DNA of 64,000 bases from a virus, in IMG/VR virus record IMGVR_UViG_3300015196_000001, one strand, 5' to 3'. Both the position numbers and the translations under genes were made by a program. Of this stretch, positions 9,922 to 19,613 are shown piece after piece (the stretch's first letter is position 1; every line of letters starts with the position of its first letter). Under the pieces are notes generated by a model, which worked only from the letters and a program-made list of their open reading frames with translations, was not told where the DNA came from and made no database searches.

Positions 9922-10374
9922 CTATACCTTACCCTTGTCACCAAGAACACGCATACACCACTTGATCTTTAGCTTGTTGGCCTTGGTGGCTTCCGAATAC
10001 TGCGCCTTGGCTTCGCCCAGAGTCAGCTTGAGTGTGGCGGCGACTTCATCCTCTGATTTCTCATTCTGGTTCACAGCCTCAGCCTTCACGGCTTTGGTGA
10101 TCTCAGTATCGTTGCTCTTGGCAATCCCAATACGCTGAGCTAAGTCATTCTTACGTGACTTCTGCTTATAGCCAGCCGTAGCGTTATTGTACTCAAACGA
10201 AGCTTCGCGCACCTGTAGATCGTTCGTTTGGTTCTTCTTGTTCTCTGCTTGAGCCTTGGCAATACCTGCAATCGACTTGTCAATGTCTTCCGGTGACATA
10301 CCTGCAACGCTATTCTTCCAAGCCTCATCCAATGCGTCAAACGGATCTTTCCCACTACCCTTAGGTCGTCCCAT
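9922..10374 (-). CDS. Hypothetical helical protein with weak internal duplication
   Basis: 150 aa, GGAG RBS; two similar AK/VKAxAxN...Y...K segments. Confidence 0.7.
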   Translation of the reverse strand: MGRPKGSGKDPFDALDEAWKNSVAGMSPEDIDKSIAGIAKAQAENKKNQTNDLQVREASFEYNNATAGYKQKSRKNDLAQRIGIAKSNDTEITKAVKAEAVNQNEKSEDEVAATLKLTLGEAKAQYSEATKANKLKIKWCMRVLGDKGKV

Positions 10375-10473
10375 GTTATTTTTCTCCTGATTGATTGTTT
10401 ACTTCAGCAACAAATGGGCCAGTTAGAGTCTTATTACGCCCAAAGTCTTCGTAGTACCGATATAGTTTCTTCA

Positions 10474-10881
10474 TTAGTTGTGTACCACCGTATTAGTGAT
10501 TAAAGTGTCTAGTATTTCTGGAAACTCTTCTTTCTCACATGAACAAATCTCGACCCTCAATGGACAGCTATACTCTTTTTTGGTATTCTCACTGATATTT
10601 GGATATGCCTTAAAGAGCTGAGGTAAGCTCATACCCATCGCTACAAGGTGAGAGGCTTTTAGACCAATGTAGCCACCTATCACGTCCTTATAAAAAGATG
10701 CCTCTTCCTTGTTTAGAAAAACCCTCATAAGGGTTTCTTGCACTTCGTGGACTGTCAAGCCCTGATCGTCGGGGCTTTCCACATAGAAACAACCCTCGTC
10801 TGTCTTGACTAGGAAAACCTCGTCTGTTTTATCTAGCTCTTCCCAGACCTCAACTAGCTTTTTTTGATCCTTTACTTTCAT
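10474..10881 (-). CDS. Hypothetical protein
   Basis: 135 aa ORF. The GCGCTATAAT motif overlaps the ATG, so the true start may lie downstream. Confidence 0.65.
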   Translation of the reverse strand: MKVKDQKKLVEVWEELDKTDEVFLVKTDEGCFYVESPDDQGLTVHEVQETLMRVFLNKEEASFYKDVIGGYIGLKASHLVAMGMSLPQLFKAYPNISENTKKEYSCPLRVEICSCEKEEFPEILDTLITNTVVHN

Positions 10882-10896
10882 TATAGCGCACCGTAC

Positions 10897-12987
10897 CTAA
10901 AGAATAGTTGACTTGCCACGAGTAAATTCCACATCTATAAAACTAGTAAACAGCTCTTTGAATTCTGAGGAATGGTCAACTACCAGCACAAGCCTTTTGG
11001 TAGCGTATTGTTTCAACAGCTCCATGCACGACTCTTTAGTGATCTCATCCAAGCCCTCGAACGTCTCGTCTAATATGATCCATCCAGGTGCGGTGCCGGT
11101 ACGCTCCTGCACCACCATCGCTACGGCTAGGTCTACGGCTAGCTCAATCGAGGTTGTCTGGCCACCAGAGCACCCAGCTAGGGTCGTCTCGTGTCCATTG
11201 ACTGAAACGACCAACTTAATCTCATGTTCTATCTTCCCCTTGAGCGTTATGCCTTCACTTTTGAAAGATAAGGTGACGTGAGCCGTGTTAGGTAATAAGG
11301 CAAGTAGTTTATTTGATTCATCAGCAATAGCAGCTAGGGATTCATCGAATACACTACCCAGAAATCCCTTGATCGCTTTGGCCCAATCCACTTCCTTGGC
11401 ATACTCGACATGAGCTACCTTATATTCAGTAGATGCTACCCTCCACCTCGCCTCGGCTTCCTCCGCTGCACGTAAGTTTCTGTCTGCCTCTGATTTTATA
11501 GCGCTGTTTTGGGATCGTCGCCGTTCGAGACAGCGTTCTACATCAAGGAGGGCCGTTTTGGAGTCAGAGGAGGCCTCTACAGCATCGACTAGCTTTTTCC
11601 CGTAGATTTCCTTGTTCTTGGTGATGGAAGCCTCCCAAGTGGCTCTTTCTTCGCGTAGAATGGCTTCAGCTTGCGCAACGCTCTGCGTCAAGCCATGAAG
11701 AGCATTGATAGCTGCTATCTCGTGCTCTGATTGTTCAAGATCCAAACGGCGGTCTGCTTCTTCAAGTCGCCCCTTAATCTCCCCACTTACGTTGGCTAGA
11801 AGGGCCGCTGTACCACTTTCCTCTGCCTGGAGCTTCTCAAGCTCTACCAAGCCCAATTCGGCTTCCTTGACTTGAGTAAGTCGAAACTCAAGCGCCTCTG
11901 CTTCTTTGATTTTCACGGCAAGTCGCTGGGGGGAGTCCCAGGCGCGTTCACACTCTGGACAAATAGCGGCGTTGAGAGCTGCTATTTGTGACTTAACCTT
12001 ACTAAGTTCTCCCTGTAACCGTTCTTTGGAACGAACTATATTAGACAGGTCGCGATGGCTTTGGTGTAATGTCCCTATGTTCTTGTCAGAGGCGTGGAGC
12101 CTAGCACAAACTTCACTGTAAAGAGCGCTCAACTCTTTGACTTCGGTTTCGTTGCGGATATACCTTGGCGCTTGAGACTTACGGCTCTCGTATTCAGCCT
12201 TAAAAGCAGCAATGGAGGAGGTAAGCTCTTTGTTGGCTACCCACCCCAAGGACTTTTTGTTGAATAGGTCAAGGTCTTGTTGAGCTGTTAGCTTAGCCGA
12301 CAAGGTAGCGGAACATACTACCTCAGCCGCACTCAGCTCTTTAAGTAGTGGGACTTCGTCTAGCAATACAAGCGGTGTTACACGTCCCTTGGCTACGGTG
12401 TACTGTTCCTCAAGCAATTGCTCTCTGCTTGTCAGAACTTCCAGCTTAGTAGAGATGGCCGAGGTAGCCTTGGTAGCTTTGTCATACTCAGACTCAAATT
12501 CACCAAGTCTCAAAAGAGTAGTAAGAAATTCTTTCTTTTCAATGTCTTTCTTGGATAGGAATAGGCCACGTGCTTTCTGCTGACGAAAGGTAAGGGCAGA
12601 GAGCAGGTCGGTACTTAGACCGAGCACTTCTTGGAGGCGTGCATTAACAGCACGTGCGCCAGTTGTTTCTTTTTCAGCCTCAATCAGAAGAGGCTTGGGG
12701 CCACGCTGAAGGTAGACGGGTATGTCATCTACTGTAAACCACACCTCCACATTAGGTGGAGAAGGTAAATCCCAATTCTGAATTTCCTTGGAGGTAAGAG
12801 GGCAGTAGTCAAAAGCGTAGGCAAGGGCGAGCAGCACATTGCTCTTGCCCGAGCCCGAGGAGCCCTGTGTGTCTCGATTGAAACCACGTACTAGAACCAT
12901 ACCTGACTTATCAAAAACGACCGTGGCCTCCTCAGCTAAGCTGCGAAAGCCACGTACCACCATTTTCTGTAAAAAGATCGTGCCCAT
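10897..12987 (-). CDS. sbcC: SbcC/Rad50/gp46-like SMC ATPase
   Basis: Walker A GSSGSGKSN, long coiled coil with a CPEC zinc hook, signature CSGGQ, Walker B ILDE/FEGLD, H-loop VDH. Confidence 0.92.
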   Translation of the reverse strand: MGTIFLQKMVVRGFRSLAEEATVVFDKSGMVLVRGFNRDTQGSSGSGKSNVLLALAYAFDYCPLTSKEIQNWDLPSPPNVEVWFTVDDIPVYLQRGPKPLLIEAEKETTGARAVNARLQEVLGLSTDLLSALTFRQQKARGLFLSKKDIEKKEFLTTLLRLGEFESEYDKATKATSAISTKLEVLTSREQLLEEQYTVAKGRVTPLVLLDEVPLLKELSAAEVVCSATLSAKLTAQQDLDLFNKKSLGWVANKELTSSIAAFKAEYESRKSQAPRYIRNETEVKELSALYSEVCARLHASDKNIGTLHQSHRDLSNIVRSKERLQGELSKVKSQIAALNAAICPECERAWDSPQRLAVKIKEAEALEFRLTQVKEAELGLVELEKLQAEESGTAALLANVSGEIKGRLEEADRRLDLEQSEHEIAAINALHGLTQSVAQAEAILREERATWEASITKNKEIYGKKLVDAVEASSDSKTALLDVERCLERRRSQNSAIKSEADRNLRAAEEAEARWRVASTEYKVAHVEYAKEVDWAKAIKGFLGSVFDESLAAIADESNKLLALLPNTAHVTLSFKSEGITLKGKIEHEIKLVVSVNGHETTLAGCSGGQTTSIELAVDLAVAMVVQERTGTAPGWIILDETFEGLDEITKESCMELLKQYATKRLVLVVDHSSEFKELFTSFIDVEFTRGKSTIL

Positions 12988-12993
12988 GTGATG

Positions 12994-13003
12994 AGTATAG
13001 CGG
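12994..13003 (-). promoter_or_regulatory. Phage promoter motif CCGCTATACT (leaderless sbcC)
   Basis: 6 nt upstream of the sbcC ATG. Confidence 0.6.
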
Positions 13004-13015
13004 GAAAGCCCAAAA

Positions 13016-13309
13016 CTAATACTTTTCCTTCAATTCTTCACTTGTTTTGGAACGTTCCCGAAAAATCCGCTCTGCGTCTGCGATCCTCTCTACTACCCTA
13101 GCCTGCAATCCGTTGTCAAGCCGTTCCTTGACTGAAGCAGAGGGGGGCTCGGGTGTACGTATCAATAACTGCCCCATCTCACCCGGCCTTACGTGCGGGC
13201 TAAAACAGGTGGGGTTCAGGCAAAAAAAAGCGTCATTATTTTTGTACCCCTCCAAGAGAAGACGTGAACGTACACCACACCAAGAACACTTAAAATGAAA
13301 AATAGCCAT
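13016..13309 (-). CDS. FmdB-like zinc-ribbon protein
   Basis: MAIFHFKCSWCG...CLNPTC. Confidence 0.6.
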   Translation of the reverse strand: MAIFHFKCSWCGVRSRLLLEGYKNNDAFFCLNPTCFSPHVRPGEMGQLLIRTPEPPSASVKERLDNGLQARVVERIADAERIFRERSKTSEELKEKY

Positions 13310-13685
13310 TTGGAACGTCTGTGTATGTTGGTGTGGGGACTACTGGGGACTGTATAGGGTAATTTAGCTGACCTCCTAGCCAACCGTGCTGAGGACAAGA
13401 GAAAGCGGAGAGGGGAGTTTGGCCGCAGTTACACCACCGATGTGGGAGAACAACACCCACACCTGTCAAGGGTTGTGGAATACCTGTCAAGGCCAACACA
13501 AGTTCATAACTTACCCCAACCTTGTAAGCGTTAAATGTAGAAACATCCACCTCAAAGCTGTGGATATTAGTGATATTCCCTGGGTTACTAATTTGGGTTT
13601 CGACTTTGAATTCTATCGTGTTTTTGATAGAATTACTTGTTGCCTGCTGCTCACTGGTCTTGGAAACAACTGTCATCTTAATCAT
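13290..13685 (-). CDS. Hypothetical protein
   Basis: 131 aa ORF directly downstream of groEL; C-terminal WCNC..CPQH. Confidence 0.6.
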   Translation of the reverse strand: MIKMTVVSKTSEQQATSNSIKNTIEFKVETQISNPGNITNIHSFEVDVSTFNAYKVGVSYELVLALTGIPQPLTGVGVVLPHRWCNCGQTPLSAFSCPQHGWLGGQLNYPIQSPVVPTPTYTDVPNGYFSF

Positions 13686-13687
13686 GG

Positions 13688-15460
13688 TTAGGCTCTTTCA
13701 TTTGCAGGGTCTTCTGCGCCTGCGTCGCGTAAGAACTGGTTAGTTTCGGTTGCTTCACGTCGCTCAAATTCTGCGTCTCTTTCAAAAACTACACAACCAC
13801 CCAAAGTGCCCAGTAGAGAAGCAATTGAGATGGAGTTACGAATGGCTTCCAATACTGCTGGAGTGCTGTCTAATACATTAAAAGATGGTACAAACTTGCC
13901 TTCAAGTGCATCGTATACGTCAGTTTTTTGGGACACGTAAATAGTACCAATAATTTCATCTATCTCATCGGCGTTGTAACCTGCATTGTGCAGCAAAACC
14001 TTGACGGGCACCTGTAAGGCTGCGCCAAGCACTTCAGATAGCATCACGTCATTCTGTTGGTCGATTAGACGAGCTAGATTAACAAGCATCCAACCGCCGC
14101 CCGGCAGACACCCATGCTTAATGGTACCACGTACTGCACACACCGCGTCTTCAGCTCTATCACGCTTTTCACGTAGCTCTCCATTGGAAGAGCCACGCAC
14201 CTTAAGCTTGGCAATACCTCCCGCCAGCTTTGCAATGCGCTCACCCAAAATGCTCTGCTCTAAGATGGCTCCATCAAACTGAGTGTTCTGTGCCTTCAGT
14301 TCGTCTACTCGCTTAAACAAAACTCCTTCGTTAGCGTAACCAAAAATGGTTGAACGGTATCGACCACACTCAAACTGGTCCGCTGTACCAAAGTCGCTAA
14401 TGTCTGCACGCTCTAGGGGATCGCTTATAGGATCCCAAACACATCCATTGGTAACAGCTGCAATATCTAGTAGAAAATCAAGCTGTCCCTGGGGGAGGGG
14501 TGACTGAGGTGCGAGAAGCGGGAAGACGTTAATAGTATTAGCAGACGAGAAGTTAACCGACAGCTGAGCAAGGACCGATTCGCTAAAGCCTGTTGCAACA
14601 AGAACTACATTATGCCGCACAATAGGCCCTTCGTACTGGGGTAGCATGCTCTCATTCCAGGCCTGCCCCACCTTTTCCATTGCCGCGATCAGTGTCCCAA
14701 TGTCCGTGATCCTGCCGTGGTAGATAACAAATTGTGGATTATCAAGTATAGTCTTTTGTGAATTGCTGTTTAGAAATTGTGGGTAAAACTTTCCACATGA
14801 ATCCTCGTACCCAATCCCAATTGGGTACCCCTTGATCTTTTCAACTTCATACCCTGTACTGCCGGACACTTCGCTAATAGCTACATTGCCGTCATCCCCG
14901 ACTAGGTCGAAACACTTCAGCACTGCATCGGCTAGCTCAGCGTCACCATTACCTGACACTTTAGCTACGGACATAAGAAGCGCACGGCCCTCGTCGGTGG
15001 TAAGGTCGGCATGATAAGAAGACGAATGTACGGCTGGCTCAATGACAGAAGTGAACGTTGCCAGAAGGCGACGTACAATTTTCTGGGGGCTCACCTTCGG
15101 GTTTTTGCGTACATACCCGTCCATTAGGCGGACAATCGCTTCAGAAAGTACGGTAGCCGTTGTGGTGCCGTCTCCTGCCTCATTAGCCGTGCGTACAGAG
15201 GCGTCACGAGCTGCCTCCATGATATTATGGGCAATGGGATCTTTGAAGCCCAGCGACCTGAATACGGTGACCCCATCCTTGGTCAAAGCAGGGGCCATTC
15301 CGTTCTCCTGGCGTTCGAGCAAGACCTGTGAGCCACCGGGCCCGAGGGTTGCACCTACGATAGAGCTGATCTTAGCCATGGTATCCAGTACCTTGACCGA
15401 AAGGGTTTTGCCTTTAACTTCAACCACCTTTGAGACTGACTGAACCTTCTTGTATTGCAT
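13688..15460 (-). CDS. groEL: Phage chaperonin GroEL-like
   Basis: TLGPGG, TKDGVTV, AGDGTTTATVL, GGIAKLKV, EDAVCAVR, PGGG. Confidence 0.93.
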   Translation of the reverse strand: MQYKKVQSVSKVVEVKGKTLSVKVLDTMAKISSIVGATLGPGGSQVLLERQENGMAPALTKDGVTVFRSLGFKDPIAHNIMEAARDASVRTANEAGDGTTTATVLSEAIVRLMDGYVRKNPKVSPQKIVRRLLATFTSVIEPAVHSSSYHADLTTDEGRALLMSVAKVSGNGDAELADAVLKCFDLVGDDGNVAISEVSGSTGYEVEKIKGYPIGIGYEDSCGKFYPQFLNSNSQKTILDNPQFVIYHGRITDIGTLIAAMEKVGQAWNESMLPQYEGPIVRHNVVLVATGFSESVLAQLSVNFSSANTINVFPLLAPQSPLPQGQLDFLLDIAAVTNGCVWDPISDPLERADISDFGTADQFECGRYRSTIFGYANEGVLFKRVDELKAQNTQFDGAILEQSILGERIAKLAGGIAKLKVRGSSNGELREKRDRAEDAVCAVRGTIKHGCLPGGGWMLVNLARLIDQQNDVMLSEVLGAALQVPVKVLLHNAGYNADEIDEIIGTIYVSQKTDVYDALEGKFVPSFNVLDSTPAVLEAIRNSISIASLLGTLGGCVVFERDAEFERREATETNQFLRDAGAEDPANERA

Positions 15461-15668
15461 TGATTTTCCTTTGATTCACCCATGCTCCGTAGCAGGGATA
15501 TTTATGAGTGGTAATAGTTACCAATTTCAAGTCTCGAAGACGAGCAAGGTATCTCTTCAGCTGTCGGGGACTAACCCCGACTTGGGCTGCCAGGGTATGG
15601 TTGGTAGCTCTACCCAACCCGTGCTCCACCAAGGACAACAGCGTCTTTTCGTTAGGCAGTAGTGTCAC
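15420..15668 (-). CDS. Small winged-HTH DNA-binding protein
   Basis: GTG start, 82 aa; TNHTLAAQVGVSPRQLKRYLARLRDLKLV. GCGCTATACT ends 6 nt upstream of the start codon. Confidence 0.65.
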   Translation of the reverse strand: MTLLPNEKTLLSLVEHGLGRATNHTLAAQVGVSPRQLKRYLARLRDLKLVTITTHKYPCYGAWVNQRKINAIQEGSVSLKGG

Positions 15669-15674
15669 ACACTA

Positions 15675-15684
15675 AGTATAGCGC
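15675..15684 (-). promoter_or_regulatory. Phage promoter motif GCGCTATACT (leaderless wHTH)
   Basis: 6 nt upstream of the GTG start. Confidence 0.6.
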
Positions 15685-15704
15685 AACTCCAGGATGGCCC
15701 TTCA

Positions 15705-15721
15705 GATACCTAGTAGGTATC
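15705..15721. promoter_or_regulatory. Perfect palindrome GATACCTA-G-TAGGTATC (operator-like)
   Basis: 8 bp arms around 1 nt, between the wHTH promoter and the tandem repeat. Confidence 0.4.
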
Positions 15722-15746
15722 ACGCGCGAAATACTAGGACCTGCTA

Positions 15747-15927
15747 GACTAATGTTTACTTTATGTTTACTTTACAATAGAGCTGCGCCGTAAGGCAAGC
15801 AGCGACTAATGTTTACTTTATGTTTACTTTACAATAGAGCTGCGCCGTAAGGCAAGCAGCGACTAATGTTTACTTTATGTTTACTTTACAATAGAGCTGC
15901 GCCGTAAGGCAAGCAGCGACTAATGTT
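15747..15927. repeat. Tandem repeat: three identical 57 bp units plus a 10 bp partial; candidate replication origin
   Basis: Units start at 15747, 15804, 15861 and 15918 (partial). Unit = GACTAATGTTTACTTTATGTTTACTTTACAATAGAGCTGCGCCGTAAGGCAAGCAGC, an AT-rich TGTTTACTTTA doublet plus a GC hairpin with a GTAA loop. Confidence 0.95.
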
Positions 15928-15967
15928 ATGTCTAGGGAAAAATAAATCGTAAACATATTGAATAGAT

Positions 15968-15977
15968 CCGCTATACT
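15968..15977 (+). promoter_or_regulatory. Phage promoter motif CCGCTATACT (helicase)
   Basis: Upstream of the RBS and the ATG at 15993. Confidence 0.6.
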
Positions 15978-15992
15978 CATAGCAGGAGTAAC

Positions 15993-18524
15993 ATGCTAAA
16001 TATTATTGAACCAACGCTGATCAAACTAAGCGGCTACGAAGGTAAGCGCCTTGAGCAGGCTAAAGGCGTATTAACATACGTTGATACTAGCGTTGACTAT
16101 GAAATTAAGAAGCACCGTAATTCAAGTTGGTTTCTCAATAAATACGGCCAAGCAGAATGGAAAAAAAAACTTGATCAATTAAGGGCTGTTAGGGAGAAGT
16201 GTTTACTTTATCCAGATCAAACAATACCATCTGGGCTAGGTCATCTGCTAGCTTCTCAGTTTCAGGATCAGATCGTAAACAAGGTAGTTTACCCTTCTCC
16301 AGAATCTATGCCATGGCATAACATACCAAAGTTTAAGAACCGGTATTTCCAGGATGAGGCTGCTGAACAATTGATTGCAGTTAATCATGGTGCAGTTGAG
16401 ATAGGTTGTCATAGACGTGGTGATGGAATTCTCATGTATGATGGTTCTATCAAGGGTGCTGAGAAAGTGGAGGTAGGTGATAGGCTTATGGGACCTGACT
16501 CTAAGCCTAGAACAGTCCTAGAATTAAGGAATGGCTTTGATAAAATGTTTTGTGTTAAGACGGTCAACGGGCAGACTATGTATGTAAATGGTCACCATCT
16601 TCTAGCTCTTCGTCGTACCAATCGTGGTACAACTACCCCCAAAAAACAAAAAAAGCGCTCAGATTACAGGGGGACTAATCCTATCGACTTTGTTACCGTA
16701 GAGCACTATCTCAACAAAAGTAAAAAGTATAAGCATCTATACAAAACCTTTTCACCGGGGCCTATTGTGTTCCCGGATCCCAAACCCGTTCCACTAGACC
16801 CTTATTTTTTGGGGGCATGGCTTGGGGATGGCGATTCTGCTGCTCCAGCCTTGACCACGATGGACAAGGAGATTGTGGATGTGATTTATGATACTGCCGC
16901 CAAATTTAACTGTAAAGTCAGTATTGCTGGTATAAAAAAAACAGCCCCACATTACAGAATTTCTCGTAATGTGGGAACCCAACAGGAGAACCCTGTCTGG
17001 GAGATTATTAGACATTTAGGGTTAGGAAGTGTTACGTGTAGTACAAAGTACATTCCATTTATATATCTGACAGGCTCTATCGAAACTAGAATGCAGTTTT
17101 TGGCGGGTTTAATCGATACGGATGGCAGTGCCGCTGAGGGCTGTTATGATTTTATTTCAAAGTCGAAGCAGCTATCTACGGACGTAGTGTATCTAGCGCG
17201 CTCTTTGGGCTTTCGAGCCAGTATGGCACTATGTACCAAAAAGTCGCAACGTGGTACTGAGGGGGAATATCACAGAGTAACGCTGTCTGGTAACTTATCC
17301 CAGCTACCCGTACGTTTGCCTAGGAAAAAACTGCAACCAAGAAAACAAAAAAAAGATTGTACTAGCTTTGGGTTTTCGGTTACCCAGGTATCTGAATATG
17401 AAGAGTATTTTGGGTTTATTCTAGACTCTGATCACTTATATTTGACAGATAGCTTTTTGGTAACGCACAATACAGGACTGGGCAAGAGCGCCATTATTCG
17501 TAACTTGGCTAAGCATTACGGATTACGCACAGTTGTTATGACTCCTTCAGTCTCTATTGCTCAGCAAATGCACAAAGACTTTCAATACCATTTTGGTCGT
17601 AAGAATGTTGGTGCTTACTTTGACGGAACCAAGGAGTACAAGAAGCTATTTGTAATTGCAGTAGCAGCTTCTCTAGCTAGAGTAGCTGCTGATTCAGAAG
17701 CGTACAAATATCTTTCTCAAGCCAAGGTCTTTTTAGCGGATGAATCTCATCTCTGTCCAGCAAAGACCTTAGCTATAGTATGTTTTGGTCTGCTACGTTC
17801 TGCCCCGTATAGGTTCTTCTTTTCTGGTACTCAAATACGAGGAGATGGCGCTGACATGTTACTGGAAGGCATTACCAATAAGATTGTGTACACAATGACG
17901 GTAAGACAAGGGGTAGATCAAGGTTATCTCTCAAGGCCTATCTTTCATATGGTACAGACCAATAGCGACAGCAGTGCAACCGGTGACAGTAATGAATTAA
18001 CCCGTCAACACTTGTATTACAACAATCGTGTTAACAGGATTGCAGCTGACATAGCCAACAAATCAGTCTCCCTTCTTGGTCACCCTACTTTAATCCTAGT
18101 TGAAGAGGTGGAGCAAATCAAACATTTGATGCCATACCTAAATCATGCCACCAAGTTTGCCCATGGTGGTCTAACTGCCGAAAATAGGAAGAATGTACCA
18201 GTCATTTACCACAAAAGTGATCCGAAGGAGTTAATTGCTGAATTTAATGCAGGTAAGCTGCCCATCTTAGTCGGCACTTCTTGTATAGCTATTGGTACGG
18301 ACATACAAGCAGTTCGCTGTATGATTTACTTACGTGGCGGCAAAAGTGAAGTAGAAGTAAAGCAGAGTGTAGGCAGGGTTACCCGCCTCTTCGAGGGTAA
18401 GACGGAATGTAACGTTTTTGATTTTAATGTAACTAACATACCGAAACTTAAAAAACACGCTCTGGCTCGTGTCGATATTTACAATGATATTTACGGGCCG
18501 GTTGAGAGTGTACAATGGAATTGA
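15993..18524 (+). CDS. Superfamily 2 (UvsW/DEAD-like) helicase containing an intein
   Basis: Spliced Walker A GAVEIG|TGLGKS, motif II LADESH, FSGT, motif VI QSVGRVTR. AGGAG RBS. Confidence 0.9.
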   Translation: MLNIIEPTLIKLSGYEGKRLEQAKGVLTYVDTSVDYEIKKHRNSSWFLNKYGQAEWKKKLDQLRAVREKCLLYPDQTIPSGLGHLLASQFQDQIVNKVVYPSPESMPWHNIPKFKNRYFQDEAAEQLIAVNHGAVEIGCHRRGDGILMYDGSIKGAEKVEVGDRLMGPDSKPRTVLELRNGFDKMFCVKTVNGQTMYVNGHHLLALRRTNRGTTTPKKQKKRSDYRGTNPIDFVTVEHYLNKSKKYKHLYKTFSPGPIVFPDPKPVPLDPYFLGAWLGDGDSAAPALTTMDKEIVDVIYDTAAKFNCKVSIAGIKKTAPHYRISRNVGTQQENPVWEIIRHLGLGSVTCSTKYIPFIYLTGSIETRMQFLAGLIDTDGSAAEGCYDFISKSKQLSTDVVYLARSLGFRASMALCTKKSQRGTEGEYHRVTLSGNLSQLPVRLPRKKLQPRKQKKDCTSFGFSVTQVSEYEEYFGFILDSDHLYLTDSFLVTHNTGLGKSAIIRNLAKHYGLRTVVMTPSVSIAQQMHKDFQYHFGRKNVGAYFDGTKEYKKLFVIAVAASLARVAADSEAYKYLSQAKVFLADESHLCPAKTLAIVCFGLLRSAPYRFFFSGTQIRGDGADMLLEGITNKIVYTMTVRQGVDQGYLSRPIFHMVQTNSDSSATGDSNELTRQHLYYNNRVNRIAADIANKSVSLLGHPTLILVEEVEQIKHLMPYLNHATKFAHGGLTAENRKNVPVIYHKSDPKELIAEFNAGKLPILVGTSCIAIGTDIQAVRCMIYLRGGKSEVEVKQSVGRVTRLFEGKTECNVFDFNVTNIPKLKKHALARVDIYNDIYGPVESVQWN
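16407..17471 (+). mobile_element. Intein with LAGLIDADG homing endonuclease (355 aa) in the helicase P-loop
   Basis: Starts CHRRGDGILMYDG, ends FLVTHN followed by Thr. LGAWLGDG and LAGLIDTDG motifs. Confidence 0.92.
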
Positions 18525-18537
18525 CACAGAGGTTACT

Positions 18538-19596
18538 ATGGCTATAATCAGAAATAAGCGTAATGTAATTACAGACGACTACTTCAGAAAATTTGCAACG
18601 TCCCTAGAACGAGCTATAGCCCGTTATGGCGACTTGAATGAGGAAACCCTAGTAGAGCGCCAGAAGCGTCAGGTGGAGAAGCTGGTGGAGCTGGAAACGA
18701 CCTTCCGTCACACCCTGATAAAGCATTACTGGGGCCCAGGCGTCTACCGTAAATTTGTACGCATGATCTGCGATGAAAAGCGAAACATTTTAGCTGCCCG
18801 GCCCTTCTTCCGTGAACGCCAGCCAATTTTTACAAAAGAGATAGCTAAGGCATTGAAGCTAAGAGCTGACGTAAGCTTATACAAGTTTCACTTTAATTAC
18901 CAGTTTGTCTTATTTGCAATGAGAGCCCGACCTTGGCCCGTGAATGGAAAGCTTGGCAAGCTAGCTACCGAGATAGCGGAGCTGCGAATAGAATTGGTCG
19001 AAATGAACATGCCGCTTGCCATCGCCAGGGCACGCCTCTTCTGGGGTGGTACACCCAGAGCCCATTTGACCTACATGGACCTTGTACAGATTTCCTGTGA
19101 AGGATTGATGGCGGCTATTGACAAGTTTGTCCTGCCCTATAGCCAGACCTTTCGTCACGTTGCTATAGGTAGGATACTAGGAAACTGCATCGAAAACTAC
19201 AGCGAGACACTTGTGCATTTTTACCCATCCGACAAGCGTAAGTTGTATAGGGCGAACAAGCTAATCAAAAATCAGGTAGACGTTACTGTAAACTATGAGC
19301 AATTAGCCAGGGGGGTAAATGAATGGCCCGGTGCGGGAGGGGTGAACACCAACGCCTCCGAGATAGCAGACCTTATGTCAGCCGCTTCTTGTGTATCGGC
19401 TCACTGTGCAACCCGAGCGTATATGCATGGTGAAGAAGAAGAAATGTCGGCTATAAACCGTTTCGCTGCTGATAGCTCAAGCCAACCAGATATCAGGTTT
19501 GAAGAGACAGAGGCTCGTCAGGTAACGAGCCGTGCAATCGTTCAGTTATCGATTATTGAACAAAAATTGCTCAAGATGAGTGGAATTACGCTATAA
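18538..19596 (+). CDS. Phage RNA polymerase sigma factor (sigma-70 family), C-terminally truncated
   Basis: Likely start ATG 18538. Region 2 LVEMNMPLAIARA..DLVQISCEGLMAAIDKF..TFRHVAIGRI. Ends LSIIEQKLLKMSGITL. Confidence 0.8.
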   Translation: MAIIRNKRNVITDDYFRKFATSLERAIARYGDLNEETLVERQKRQVEKLVELETTFRHTLIKHYWGPGVYRKFVRMICDEKRNILAARPFFRERQPIFTKEIAKALKLRADVSLYKFHFNYQFVLFAMRARPWPVNGKLGKLATEIAELRIELVEMNMPLAIARARLFWGGTPRAHLTYMDLVQISCEGLMAAIDKFVLPYSQTFRHVAIGRILGNCIENYSETLVHFYPSDKRKLYRANKLIKNQVDVTVNYEQLARGVNEWPGAGGVNTNASEIADLMSAASCVSAHCATRAYMHGEEEEMSAINRFAADSSSQPDIRFEETEARQVTSRAIVQLSIIEQKLLKMSGITL

Positions 19597-19597
19597 T
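19588..19597 (+). promoter_or_regulatory. Phage promoter motif ACGCTATAAT (GroES-like/sbcD operon)
   Basis: Overlaps the sigma-factor stop codon. Confidence 0.55.
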
Positions 19598-19613
19598 CCA
19601 TAGGGGGTATCTT

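Noticed and set aside
15747-15927. CRISPR mini-array
   Set aside because: The units are fully identical with no unique spacers, so this is a tandem repeat; no cas genes are present.
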